Assembly: GCA_051362555.1 (NCBI GenBank)
Contig: CM120646.1
Span: forward strand, 7,626,001-7,690,000
Direction: 5' to 3'
DNA: 64,000 nucleotides
Origin: Lingula anatina
Taxonomy: Eukaryota; Animalia; Brachiopoda
The notes below the pieces were generated by a model. That model saw only the letters and a list, made by a program, of their open reading frames with translations. It was not told the origin of the DNA and made no database searches. The translations under genes and the position numbers were made by a program. This document shows, piece by piece, positions 12,046 to 24,339 of this stretch. Position 1 is the stretch's first letter, and every line of letters starts with the position of its first letter.

Positions 12046-14541
12046 GCAATAGAAAAAAGCAAGTACATAAATTTTACAAGCACACAATATTCATTATAAT
12101 ACCAAAGTCCACAAGGATTTAACGTATAAAAAAATTAGTCAATAACTTGTATACATGCAACTACACAAATCCATATATACCTATCCATTTCTGCCATATA
12201 ACATTGAATTTATCTACGTCTTGAGATACAATGTATTTTTGCTTATAGATTTTGTATATATTTCGGCACGGTCTGACAGGCTGCGAGCGCGTTGTTGACC
12301 CGTGGCATGAATCACATCTTGCTGAGTACTGCTTGTTCCACGTGCCGTGCTCTGATGCATGTCGGGTGGGATATTCTCACGATCGTCAATAAATAATTTA
12401 TCCACCACCAAAACAGCCTTCTTTCCATCCCTTGAGGGTTCTTTGTGGAGTGTGAAACTATGGAGATCCAATGTATTCCTTTAAATGGTTGTCGTATGAC
12501 TTAAAATAGACAATGTTTTTGTTTGCTTCACTGGCGAATTCAATTAATGAACTGGTGTCACAATGACATCAAAGAGATTATGAAAAGTTACTAAAACACG
12601 ATTTTAATCCTTATTTTCATTTTTCAGTTAGCGAAATGGGAAAAAATAGGAAAAATAATCCATATTAAATGTCAAGTCTGTATTATAAGGTATTGAAGAT
12701 ATAGAAAGGACTTTTAGTATGTCATTTTGGGGACTTCATGCAAAAGAACAGTGGTGAAATACAAATTGTTACCTTGACTACACCCATCTTGAACAGGTAC
12801 ATTAAAATCGTTTTAATTAAAAAATGAACGTAGCTGCTGGGCATAAAATAAAGCCTGTAAAATTCACCAAAATTAATTTACTGGAGTACAAATTTTATGG
12901 TAAAAGTCGAATAACTGAATTGCCACTTATCTGTACTGCATAAAAGCCCTAAAATGGCTGCCTTCATGTACTATATAGTTTTTTAGTCGACCACTTTAAG
13001 TCGATTTATAATCATTTAAAAAAACAAAAAATGCAAACATGTATTTCTAGCTGAGTCGTAAGGAAATCCATCTTTCTACCACCCAAATAACGATCGTTTA
13101 TGAAGTTTAAAAAAATATTATGCTTCTGTGACAGAAAACATGTCCGTACATGCAATGTGCGCTAGATCTCAACAAATAAATAAAATGCTGCAGCACGACT
13201 ACTGGCCAAAATCCCTCTCAGATCAAACATTTCACCCATTTTATTCGAACTACATTGGCTTCCTGTACGACAGAGAATTGTTTTTAAATTACTGTTGTTT
13301 GTTTTTAAATTCACCATAGGTGAATGCCCCTCATATTTTAACTCGATGCTACATCCAAGTACACCCAGTCTCACCAGGACTACCAGATCCACCTCCACTC
13401 CTTGTTTCATCAGAAATGATAATAAAAAGAACAACCAAAACCTACGGCCACAGGGCATTTTCAATTTCAGCGCCAATTTTATGGAATCGACTACCCTCAC
13501 ACATTCGGACTATTGATAGTGTTGATGTTTTTAAAAAAGATTTAAAAACATTCTTATTTTCACAGTATTTTAATTAATATTTTCTCATTTTATCAGAAAA
13601 AAAAGTTTTATTGTCCAGACCATTACTCTTTTAACCAGCTTTAATTATTTTTATGGTTTTTTACCTTAGCTTTTATTATCTATATAATTAGTTGTAATCC
13701 TGATAATTTTACCTGTAAACAGCACTGAGACGGAAGTATAGTGCGGTTTTAAGAAATAAATATTATTATTATTATTATTAAAAGCAACTAGGAATTGATA
13801 CAAAATGTCCAACATTGGCCGTTGTCCAAAATGTGTCCGTAACGTTTGGGTTGTTAATACTTTTATGCACATAATTGCTGCCTGAATGGTTGAATGTTTC
13901 TTGGACATGCAGCTTCTTACCATTTTTTACAAACATTAAAAATGGTGATGGTTCATCTTTCAGTTGGTGGTAAATATGACGACTTAAAAACAATGACGAA
14001 AATAAAATGACACGTTTTTGCTTTTCGAGAATATATTAGGGCTATATACCCCTGTATGTTAATGCCATAGTAGCAATGTATCTTTGAGATAATAAGAGAT
14101 AATAGCGATATTCGTTAATTAAAATCGTTTCAGTTTAGTATAGTTACATAGGCTATTTCATTTGTAAAATTACTGCAAAAGTCCATAAGCATAATCATTA
14201 ATGTTTGTGGGTTTGAAGGTGAAAACAAACATGATCTCCCACTTTGCCTATGGCTACCTGGTTCTTGTGAAGGAAAACTCCATTTTTATCACATCTTGGA
14301 TTAACGGTGACTTACCAAAACACCACATTGAGGTACTTAATTCTCAATGCATCTTTTCTGAGACATTGAAAACAAACTAAATCATACGGCATATCAATAA
14401 AATATCAAATACCACTATACATGACACGAAGCCTACATTGCAGGAAAGGATGGAATTCTTGGGCATTCCTCAAGATAAAGATAAATAAAAAAATAACTTA
14501 CCTGCAACGAGCAAACTGCAAACCAAGAATCCTGACAGCAT
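262..14541 (-). CDS. Secreted multi-EGF protein (fibropellin/Notch-like cbEGF array); 3' part lies beyond the left window edge
   Basis: Signal exon 14541-14502 ([13 protein letters not shown]+G|gtaagt), then phase 1-1 exons 9946-9839, 9591-9442, 7457-7341, 6279-6151, possibly 4831-4745, and nine 111-bp cbEGF exons. All have AG/GT boundaries and lengths divisible by 3. Joining exons 1 and 2 gives [23 protein letters not shown], a plausible cleavable leader. Another acceptor (ctg) sits at position 1. Confidence 0.85.
4745..4831 (-). pseudogene. Degenerate EGF exon (pseudo-exon or divergent exon)
   Basis: Reads [29 protein letters not shown]; the CNCNPGYTG core is partly deleted; flanks resemble the array introns. 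Confidence 0.6.
6151..6279 (-). CDS. Atypical 6-Cys EGF/EB-like exon of the multi-EGF gene
   Basis: cag|TT GAT CCC ... TGT ACA A|gtaagt; 129 bp; [42 protein letters not shown]. Confidence 0.8.
6491..6784. mobile_element. MITE-like element with terminal inverted repeats
   Basis: aactacccgcacgaaaatgcagtag at the left end and ctacttcgtttttatgcgggtagtt at the right end are near reverse complements; internal gcagtag/gaagca repeats; no clear TSD. Confidence 0.7.
7341..7457 (-). CDS. EGF exon of the multi-EGF gene
   Basis: 117 bp, phase 1-1; [38 protein letters not shown]. Confidence 0.88.
9442..9591 (-). CDS. Atypical 6-Cys EGF/EB-like exon (paralog of 6151-6279)
   Basis: 150 bp, phase 1-1; [49 protein letters not shown]. 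Confidence 0.82.
9839..9946 (-). CDS. First EGF-like exon (4 Cys) of the multi-EGF gene
   Basis: 108 bp, cag|GG ATA ... GAG ACT G|gtatgt; [35 protein letters not shown]. Confidence 0.82.
10184..10236. repeat. (TA)n microsatellite
   Basis: Direct inspection. Confidence 0.95.
10240..10990 (+). repeat. Degenerate tandem repeat (~130-190 bp units) with aagtgtgtatt...caagatggctgcc core
   Basis: Motif recurs near 10240, 10430, 10615, 10750 and weakly near 10930. Confidence 0.55.
11100..12600 (+). mobile_element. Decayed Tc1/mariner transposase relic, interrupted by a LINE fragment
   Basis: [14 protein letters not shown] (ORF 11648-11911) resembles the Tc1 WPxxSPDLNPIENLW motif; multiple frameshifts; boundaries approximate. 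Confidence 0.55.
12022..12432 (-). mobile_element. Internally deleted Tx1/L1-like LINE copy (ORF1-like piece + 3' end + poly-A) with 12-bp TSD
   Basis: 12022-12263 matches the 3' end of the LINE at 26981-27240. 12264-12432 encodes [17 protein letters not shown], which resembles a LINE ORF1 C-terminus. tgagggttcttt is repeated at 12010-12021 and 12433-12444. Confidence 0.8.
13160..13780 (+). mobile_element. 3' fragment of an L2/CR1-type LINE
   Basis: [12 protein letters not shown] and [18 protein letters not shown]...[10 protein letters not shown] are typical L2/CR1 ORF2 C-terminal motifs; ends in an (ATT)n tail at ~13760-13780. Confidence 0.8.
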
Positions 14542-14659
14542 TTTAGATATCAGCTTTTCAACAAAGGTTGAATATCCTTTGAATGAAGACGCCTGGAATG
14601 GGTTACCAACAACTTTCTCAGCGCTGCTGTGTTGGGTGTACCTCGCCAAAGGTCGTTTG

Positions 14660-14756
14660 ACATATATATAACCCACGCATTTGGATTTCTTTATCCGTAC
14701 AGAATATTCCCGTGCTCTGATTGGACAGCGCGCCTATCATGCAGTTTCAGCCAATG
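14660..14756 (-). promoter_or_regulatory. Putative promoter of the multi-EGF gene (TATA-like box and CCAAT boxes)
   Basis: TATATATATG ~120 bp upstream of the ATG at 14541; attgg at ~14720 and ccaat at ~14751. Confidence 0.45.
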
Positions 14757-15479
14757 GGATCTTTTCACCCCCCCCCCCCCCCCCACCACCACCTTCCCGC
14801 TATCTCTGCCATTCGCTCTCTTTTGATTTCGTAGAATGGAAACAGGAAGGAGACACGATTAAGCTTTTGTCACCAATCTTTTTTTTTCTTTAGCTTGTGT
14901 GCAAACGCGATCATGTAGGTCTGAGAAAAGTTCAAGCCTATCCACTCGCTCATGTTAACTTTATTTAGTTTCGATCCTCTGTCTGCTTCTACACTTTTAA
15001 GTTAAAACATCTTCAACTACCTTGGTACATTGTTGTCGCAAGACCATTTGATTTTGTTTCATGCATCATGTATCATGTCAGCTTTACTTTCTTTACTTTA
15101 CAACTAACGATGGAGGTTATCATAATTTCCATGTATTTATCCAACTCACGGGTTGCGAGATTATTTAATAATAATAAAAGTTAACTGTTCTACCTTTAAA
15201 CATTTTTGCTAGGAGAAATGTACATGTTTATATTTGTTGCTGCCTTTTGCTGACTTTGCTACTGCCACTCAATGGTTTGTCGTATACATCAAATAGACCA
15301 TTGTCTTTATATGGTAAACAGACACACTTTTGTTTCTTTGTATTGTTCACTGCTATTAAGGCGTTCAACAAAAAGTAATTTTATTTCTGTCTTCCTTTCA
15401 ACTTTCATTATTCTTTGTAAACAGTTTGAACAGTTTGAAGCTGGCAGAAAATGTTTATTTGACAAGCAGGTAGGTTGAA

Positions 15480-18400
15480 TAGATTTCAATATTTCCCTCA
15501 TCATTATCAAACTACATGGTTTTTCTCAACTGACCTCCCTGTATGCATATTTTCTTAACAATATTCCTGTTTCGGGGAGGGGGGGGGGGCAATGTGAAGA
15601 AAATCATGGTGGTTACCAGCTAGGCAAATTATTGATAGCTGTCAGTCTTATTCCACTTCCATAAATCTGTTTGAAGCAGACCAGAGATCAGTTGAGGTTA
15701 TTATCACTCTTGACCATTATGAACACCTGTCTATCCTAAATGCTTGTTTATAATGTACTGTAGATACCGTGTTCACTTTAATCTAACGTCAATGAAAATA
15801 GCCTCTTTCCAAGTAATTTTAGAGCTGTGTCTTTATTTTCATTTCCAACAGTTTTTCGATAGTCTGTAGCTGACCAAAACCATGTCTCTGGCATAATTAG
15901 GCAGAATAAACAGATTTGCGATAAATACTTGGGCATAAAGGACGAGAAAAAATATAAGAGCATACTTTTGATGAAAGCAAGTTATTCTAAAAAATAAACA
16001 GATCACCAAGCTACAGGAAAATTATCCGCCAAGGAAAAGGACAATAATATTTCCAAAATGATACAAGCCTGGGTTCAGTTGGAATTGTTATCATTCTTGA
16101 CCACTATAATTAACTGCCGATCCGAAACGATTTTGTCAATATATAAGATACTGGATCTTTTTAAAAAAAGCTACAGCTGATGAATATAGGCTCCATTCAA
16201 GTAACTTGCAATATGTCTATTTTCACTACCATCATTCTCTCGATAGTCTGCATAGCTGACTGAAACCATCCCTCTGACAGAGATAGATGGAATAAATTTC
16301 AATATTTCCCTCATCATCATTATCAAAGTACATTACTTTTCTTGGTAAAACTTCGCATGTTAGACTTGCTTTAGGTTAGGCGAAATAAATATATTATTGC
16401 CATCCAGTTTCAGGGACCCAATAAAAAGAATAGTTTAACCAAGTGCTGATTAAATCAGTGCAAGGTTCATTTTTACCATCCAGGGGGTTTGTTTCATTAG
16501 AACTCTACAGTGGACCGGATACGGTATTATTAACAAGTAAGCGTGCATGTCTCTGTTTTAGATATGCGATAAATACCTGTTCTCAAAGGACGATTAAAAA
16601 TCCAATACCAAAATTTTGATGAAAGTGATATATACAAACATTCGAAAAAACGATAGTCAAGAGTACAGACATCCGCTAAGGAAGAGAAAAAAATTCAAAA
16701 AATTTCGAGATCTTGGTTAGGTTGAAATTGTTATCTATCTTGACCATTGAGAAAATCTATCTATACTAAATGTTTTATCAAGATTTTAGATACCATACCC
16801 GATAAAAGCAAGCTTAGGCTGAAGAAAATAGACTTCTTCCAGGTAATTTGATAGCTTTCTCAATATTTTTATTTTCATCACTTTATCTCGATTGTCTGCA
16901 CAGCTAACTGAAACCATTCCTCTGGTAGATATAAAATAAATAAATTTCAATATTTCCCTCATCATCATTATCAAAGTACATTACTTTTCTTGGTAAAACT
17001 TCGCATGTTAGACTTGCATTAGGTTAGGCGAAATAAATATATTATTGCCATCCAGTTTCAGGGACCCAATAAAAAGAATAGTTTGACCAAGTGCTGATTA
17101 AATCAGTGCAAGTTTCATTTTTACCATCCAGGGGGTTTGTTTCATTAGAACTCTACAGTGGACCGGATACGGTATTATTAACGAGTAAGCGTGCATGTCT
17201 CTGTTTTAGATATGCGATAAATACCTGTTCTCAAAGGACGATTAAAAATCCAATACCAAAATTTTGATGAAAGTGATATATACCTGTACAAACATTCGAA
17301 AAAACGATAGTCAACAGTGTAGACATCCGCTAAGGAAGAGAAAAAAAATGCAAAATATTTCGAGATCTTGGTTAGGTTGAAATTGTTATCTATCTTGACC
17401 ATTGAGAAAATCTATCTATACTAAATGTTTTTTCAAGATTTTAGATACCATACCCGATAAAAGCAAGCTTAGGCTGAAGAAAATAGACTTCTTCCAGGTA
17501 ATTTGATAGCTTTCTCAATATTTTTATTTTCATCACTTTATCTCGATTGTCTGCACAGCTAACTGAAACCATTCCTCTGGTAGATATAAAATAAATAAAT
17601 TTCAATATTTCCCTCATCATCATTATCAAAGTACATTACTTTTCTTGGTAAAACTTCGCATGTTAGACTTGCATTAGGTTAGGCGAAATAAATATATTAT
17701 TGCCATCCAGTTTCAGGGACCCAATAAAAAGAATAGTTTGACCAAGTGCTGATTAAATCAGTGCAAGTTTCATTTTTACCATCCAGGGGGTTTGTTTCAT
17801 TAGAACGCTACAGTGGACCGGATACGGTATCATTAACGAGTAAGCGTGCATGTCTCTGTTTTAGATATGCGATAAATACCTGTTCTCAAAGGACGATTAA
17901 AAATCCAATACCAAAATTTTGATGAAAGTGATATATACCTGTACAAACATTCGAAAAAACGATAGTCAACAGTATAGACATTCGCTAAGGAAGAGAAAAA
18001 AATTCAAAATATTTCGAGATCTCGGTTCGGTTGAAATTGTTATCTATCTTGACCATTGAGAAAATCTATCTATACTAAATGTTTTATCAAGATTTCAGAT
18101 ACCGTACCCGATAAAAGCAAGCTTAGGCTGACGAAAATAGACTTCTTCCAAGTAATTTGATAGCTTTCTCTCTATTTTCAGTTCCATTATTTTTGTCGGT
18201 AGTCTGAAGCTGATCAAAGCCACCTGTCTGGTAGATATAAAATGAATAAATGTCAATATTTCCCTCATCATTATCAGACTTCACTACCTTCCCTAGTAAA
18301 ACTGCCTATGATAGACGGAATAAATTTCAATATTTCCCCCATCATTATCAAACTACATTATTTTCCCCTTGTAAAACTGCGTATGGTAGGTGTGTGTTAA

Positions 18401-18660
18401 GGTTGCTGAAATAATTAAATTGTTTCCATCCAGTTTTTGGGGCCCATCATTAAAACAATAAGACCCCGTGCTGAATAAGCCCCAGCAAGCTGCATTATTT
18501 CCACCCAGGGCAGGGCCTCAACAGAACTCCACAGTTGACCGAAAACGGTATTGTAAACAATCTTACATGTATATCTTTATTCTAGATAGGCGATAAATAC
18601 CTTAGACTTATAGGACGACTAAAAACACAAAACCATAATGTTGGCGAAGCAAGGTAATAA
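15480..18660. repeat. Tandem repeat with ~655-bp unit (three near-identical core copies, diverged flanking copies)
   Basis: aatttcaatatttccctcatcat recurs at ~15482, 16295, 16943, 17598, 18248 and 18323; identical ORFs at 16786 and 17441 are 655 bp apart. Confidence 0.9.
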
Positions 18661-19791
18661 GAATTTTTATATGTAAAATAATTACAAGTATATATCAGTG
18701 AAGTATTAGAAGTAATACAAGTATATATCAACGGATTGGAAAAAAAGCTGCTCAGTCTCATATTGCTTAGAATCTGGAATTACCTTCAGCTGCATATAAG
18801 TCTCATATGTTCTATAATAAACATTTGATTGCTCTGCATGTTTAACTGCAACTCAAATGTGCTATCCCATAGAAAATTTTCCTTGTAGCTTTCCCATAGA
18901 AAATTTTCCTTGTAGCTTTCCCATAGAAATGACCAAAACATTTTCCCTATAGCTGTCCTACGTCTTGTAGAATTCACTTTAGGACGCCCGTTATTTATTT
19001 CACGTTGAACAGGTAAAGCTCCTGAAGGAGTTTAGCTTTTAGACTGAATCTTTTTTTACAATTATTATCTTATTAACATTACCATCTGGTTCTTTAGCCA
19101 GTCTTCTTAAAATTTGCTACGCACGCTGCCTGTAAGGGAACCTCACGGATCTTCAGTGATAGTTTATTCCTATTTATTTATTTGCTTTTTGAGCGGGGGG
19201 CTCTACATGATCACTTTATGATTGAAAGTTTCATAGTCTCCAACATATGATGGAATACAAATGAACATCTGGAGGTTATAGTTGTGCCCCATTTAACTAC
19301 TTCAAAATTGTTCTTCAAGGGTGAGTTCCCAGCGTCATTTATTTAATTAAGATTTTAGAAAGTTACAATCAGTGTTTAATGATATTAGATATCTCAGTAA
19401 GGTGTTCCTAGAAAGATCATTTTCATCAAGTACATCCTCAGACAAGGATACACAAATAATAAAAAGTATGCTGTACTTATTGCGTGTGGTATACCTACGG
19501 TATGATAAGTTAACTGTCACATATATAAAATCCATAACATTATCTACTAGTATACTTTGACCTGACCTGTCACGTCGGCCCATACAGTAAAACCTTTGCG
19601 TGTCTAGAATGCACCATCTCAACTACCACACCTTAGCTATGAAAATCACTAAAGATATATGGGTGCATGTAAAATCAACATCTTTGCGCCGTTCTGCACC
19701 ATTGAATGACTGAATTGTTAGGTGGTCTCTTCTAGTCCGACTATGTACTTTGAGAACCAGAACAATAATTTTGGTCGTTTTTCTATCCTTT

Positions 19792-22700
19792 TTAAGTACG
19801 TCGAGCCTTGTCGATTTCACAAACAAATGGAAGACTAACGGAACAGTCAATGACCTCCCACATGAATGAATGCGTCTTATCCAACATGACGCACCCCCGT
19901 CTCTGTCCCCTCGGGACTTCAGGGATCCATTCGCTGTACAGGGCCGAAGTCGAGTTGTCTGCAAATATGAAGTCAGCTCCACCAGATCTCTCATTGTCAA
20001 GCCCTAGAACAAATAGTGTTTGACCGACAGGAAGTTTTTTATAAGGTACGTGCAGATCCATTTAATATCAAAGGTTTGCTTTGCATTTAAATAATAGATT
20101 GCAAAAGAGATAGAAATGAAGTAAGAATAAAAACCTGCCCGTGTACACGTCATTATTCACTGATCAAAAAAGTACCAAGTTGATAAACACCTATTTAAAG
20201 AAAAAAAGCGTTCATATTTACATATTATTAAAAATAATATAAAATAAATACAAAATAATTACAAAATAATATATGGTAATAACTGTACCAATACAAAAGT
20301 ACGTATCACATTCAGACCCTCCCCCCAAATTACATGTTCCGGACAGCTTTGCCGCTGTTTCCCCACGTCTTCCACCGATTCCCCAATGATCTGCTGTTAT
20401 CCAGTTAAATTAATTCCAAACATTAATGCTTTTATCAATAGTGTGCGGAACATGGATAGGTTATTCATACCTAGTTATTATTATAGTGCTAATACTGCAT
20501 GCTTTTAGTAGTTTTGAATGGGAAAGCAAATAAAGCATATCTGAGAGAGGAAGTGACTGAATGATTAATAAAATCGAAAAAAAAACACGAATATTTGTTT
20601 CGAATTCATAAAAAAATCCGCAGAGAACTGTTGTCCGACCTAGAACGGCTAAGTGAAGAGCTAGTTAGCGACTTTTAAAAGGCAAGAGGCTCGAAGGCAC
20701 TTGAACCAATTACGTAAAAATAATCGCTAGTATTTGACAACAGTGCTGTTCAGGCAAATTCAAAATGAAGTACCGTTTGTGACTTCATAAAAAAACGGAC
20801 CTGGTTGACTGATGCAAACTTACCGATGTAGTAAGAGAAGCGGTATCCAGTCTTTGTGTATATCATCTTCGTTATCGTCTTGTATTCAATCTTCGTCTTG
20901 GCTGTGGCGAGCGTAGCGCTGTAGTGGAGGTCAACACAGCGCTGTCCGGCTTCCGCGTATGACAGGGCAGTGGAAGACACATAGTAGCACTTTCCTCCCC
21001 TCGCGATCCAGTTATTTGGACAGAGAGCTAGAATAAGATAGACTTGGTCAAAGGCATACGGGAGGGGTTTTACATCATATTTCACTTAAATTTATATATA
21101 CTTATTTCCCGTGTGTCAAAATAGTTTGTAATTAAGAACATGAGTTGTCTTAGATACCTGTGCTTTGAATTTTAAAAGAGGGTAGCACATAGCATCATAG
21201 CACATAGGACCCGTTTCCCCGAAAGAACTTTTACTGGGAGAACGTATTCTCACGATGATTGCTTTATCATAGTAGTATATTTGAATAAATTATATATTGC
21301 TCTTATAGGTTAAAACCTTGTCTTTCTTGTTAAAAAACAAGCAAATTACATTTACTTGGACTTCCACTATTTATCTTACGGCAAAATGAAGCTTACAGTT
21401 CCGTCTTTAAATTAAAACAACCTCAAGGGTTTGTTTAAGTGAAACGGGCCCCTGGAATACTACAAACCATTGCAAATCTCCTGCAGAATAACCTCTTGAA
21501 TTGAAGCCAGTGCGTCAAAGTCACCAACATGAAACACGTGCTTTTCTTTAGGTCGAGTCGCTATCCTGTTTAGTTCCTCAAAACGAGTTTCACTGCCAAT
21601 TCCGACAGCAAACATAATAATGTTTTCAGTCTTTGCTAGACGGGCTTCTGAGACGGTAGCGTTGGGATTATCAGAGAAGCCGTCGGTAACCACAATTCCA
21701 ACATGAGGTATTCCGGTGCGCGGTCCTTTTCGGTTTCGGGGGTTAAAGATTCCAACACGCATCATACGGATCCCTCGGTCCGTTCCCGTCGATCCTCCTG
21801 TGTAATTCGAATCCCTTATCCTGGCTAGAACTTCCTCTTTAGTTTCGTATTCTTTTAGATGAAACTCGATTTTGTACCCAGTGCTATAAGTTAAAAGGGC
21901 GATATGGACGTCGTTTGGGCCCACGACAAATCCTCGGACAAGTTCCTCTATAAACCGCAACTGTGTCTCCCAGTTTTTATGACCAATGCTATTGGAATTG
22001 TCCACAACAAAGGCTATGTCCCCCTCGATGCTACACCCTAAGTATAAAATAAAAATCAAAATGAAAAATGCAAGGGATTCCTTTTGTTAGATGTTGATGG
22101 CATTTTATGGATATATACCTTTTTATATAAATGTATACCCTAATATGCTCGTGCTATTGATAACCTCTCTCTCTCTTTTATCTATCTATCTGCCTCACAT
22201 CACCCTGAGCTTCAGAGATAACTTGACACTAACCTCTTCACTATAGCCTATCTTCATCGTGTCAAGTTACCTCTGACCACATTCGATTGCCTTCGCCGCC
22301 CGCCAATCAAATTTAAAGCCCGCACTCAATGACTCATTGAACGAACTAGCCAATGAACGCGAACGAGTCAAAGCGCGCTTTGTTCAAATCCGGACCAATC
22401 AAAGATAAGGCTGAATATCAGGGACTTGCCGTAACCTGTGGGCAGCACGCAAAATACATCATCCCTCAGTAGATAATTATGCAGGGCATCAAACTGCTCT
22501 GGTTTCAATTCCGATATACTCCATGCTTTCTTTGTGTACGGTTATGCACTCGGAACTACTCGGATGTCTCCGCACTCGACAATAACTATGTTGTTAGTAT
22601 GGAGCTTGCGGAATCAGCCGAGGATTGCCGATTGACGGTCAACCAATCAGCGTTTTCACCAAACTTTGGTGAAAATTTTTGAAACATGGATTCGATTGGC

Positions 22701-23080
22701 TTATATAAACTAGGTCAAACTATTTTCGTCAGAGGTAACTTGACACGATGAAGATAGGCTATAGTGAAGAGGTTAGTGTCAAGTTATCTCTGAAGCTCAG
22801 GGTGCCTCACATGCTCCCTCTCTCTATTTCTCTCTCTCTCATGTTATAAATAAAATAAATAGAAATAAACAGTTCACCCACTGCTGTCACAAGGATTATT
22901 TCTACCCTTGGGGCCACAGTGACACATGTCGCTTCAATTAAGATCACAATGCACTGTAACATTATGTTGACGTATATTTATACCTTTTGCTCTTTTCGCC
23001 GGCAGTGAGGAGATCATGTCTTTTCCAAACGATAAAGCAACAAGAGAGTAAAATACTATAATCCTCATGTTGCCTGCCAT
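19792..23080 (-). CDS. Secreted von Willebrand factor A + C-type lectin domain protein
   Basis: Exons: 23080-22984 (leader MAGNMRIIVFYSLVALSFG...AK, AG|gtataa); 22037-21468 (VWA, MIDAS DNSNS...T...TDG intact); 21027-20824 (CTL: CPNNW...CYY...C); 20003-19792 (IGL...W...C...W...DC...FVCE, TAA). All junctions are phase 1. Confidence 0.88.
21206..21452. mobile_element. Old MITE with gggcccgtttc-type TIRs
   Basis: ggacccgtttc at the left and gaaacgggccc at the right are imperfect inverted repeats. Confidence 0.45.
22201..22804. mobile_element. Young non-autonomous TIR element with 8-bp TSD (hAT-like by TSD length)
   Basis: ~77-bp perfect TIRs (caccctgagcttcagagataacttgacac...); cctcacat duplicated at 22193-22200 and 22805-22812; an empty-site paralog lies at ~63690-63700. 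Confidence 0.92.
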
Positions 23081-23870
23081 CTCTGTCCAATAAAATACTG
23101 TGTACTGATTTACACTATCCACGCGGTTATTTAATAGGCATTGATTGCCCAGTGATAGCCCAATCTATTCAAACAGCCAACTGATTATCAAACTTCCAGT
23201 TTCACTGCCTGGATTAGGGGCAATGATTACAGTACTGCGTGATAAAACCACAGCATATCTAAGCTGCATGCCAGATGACATGCCCTGTAATAAATATGAG
23301 TAGCCTACCCCTGCACCGCTTAGTTAACCGCTATCAGTTTGTTGGATAATAGAATCAAATGTGATCATTTAATGTTATCTGCCCAATATTTCACAGTCTG
23401 ATAATATCCTATCATCGATGCATTGGTTCCTTTGGTCTGAAGATAATCGTGTCATGGATGTATTTTTTAAAGGCCAACACCTGTCCTTTCCCAAAACGAT
23501 AGAAAAATACACAGAGGCTCACAGCGAGCGAAATATTCCAGTTGTAATTTTATTGTTGACATACGATACGGGTGATAGACGGTAATAGTGGATAAACAGC
23601 AGATGTATTTGTATCGGCGCTCTCTGTGTGTATATGTACTTAACACATACTGTATATATTAGACGTGTTATGCTATCTTTGCCTAGTTATGAAGCAAAAA
23701 CAAACTGTGGCCTAGCCTCATTAGATAAACTCTACCTCCACCAGGACCAAAGACATATCTATCACTGGATATTTATAGATATATCTCTGGTTAAATCCAC
23801 GGTTATTCTCTGTACTCGCCTCAGAGAAAATATCCGCATAATAACTGCAGTCCTGGTAGAGGGTAGATAC

Positions 23871-24040
23871 ACAGGGGCGGATTTAGGCCGTCTTCTGGGT
23901 CTTCCGGAAGACGGTCAGATTTTCAAGTTTACATTGACGGGTATCTGAATTTTTCTGTCGGAAGACGGTCAAAAATGGAAGATGGATCAACAAAAATAAT
24001 TTGGAAGACTGTCAGAAAATATCTCTGGATCCGCCCCTGT
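23871..24040. mobile_element. Small MITE (acaggggcggat...atccgcccctgt)
   Basis: 12-bp terminal inverted repeats. Confidence 0.7.
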
Positions 24041-24088
24041 ATACAAGCCCCCAGGCTGATAGCATGATGTGTAAGATTCCACGGTATA

Positions 24089-24246
24089 CAGAGCCGTAGC
24101 CTGAGCAAAATGCCAGGGGGGCAGTAAGCGGACAGGAGGGGGGGAAGCCCCCGAGGGGGGAGGGGTTGTCCCCCTACCAGTGTGGAAAATTCTAAATCCC
24201 TGGGGGGGCAGCTGCCCCCCCTGCCCCCCCGGAGGCTACGGCCCTG
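24089..24246. mobile_element. Small GC-rich MITE (cagagccgtagcc...ggctacggccctg)
   Basis: 13-bp near-perfect TIRs, gtata on both sides. Confidence 0.7.
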
Positions 24247-24339
24247 GTATACGTACACATAAGTAAATAACCGCCACGCAGGTGCGCCCGTATCGCACGA
24301 GCGAGCGATGACAGATTTCACTTTCTATTTGGGCTGATT

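Noticed and set aside
12773-12787. Possible 15-nt micro-exon (DGCSQ) in intron 1 of the EGF gene
   Set aside because: Weak AAG acceptor; exons 1 and 2 already join into a good signal peptide.
14316-14357. AG...GT bounded 42-nt segment below the EGF signal exon
   Set aside because: Contains a stop in the required phase.
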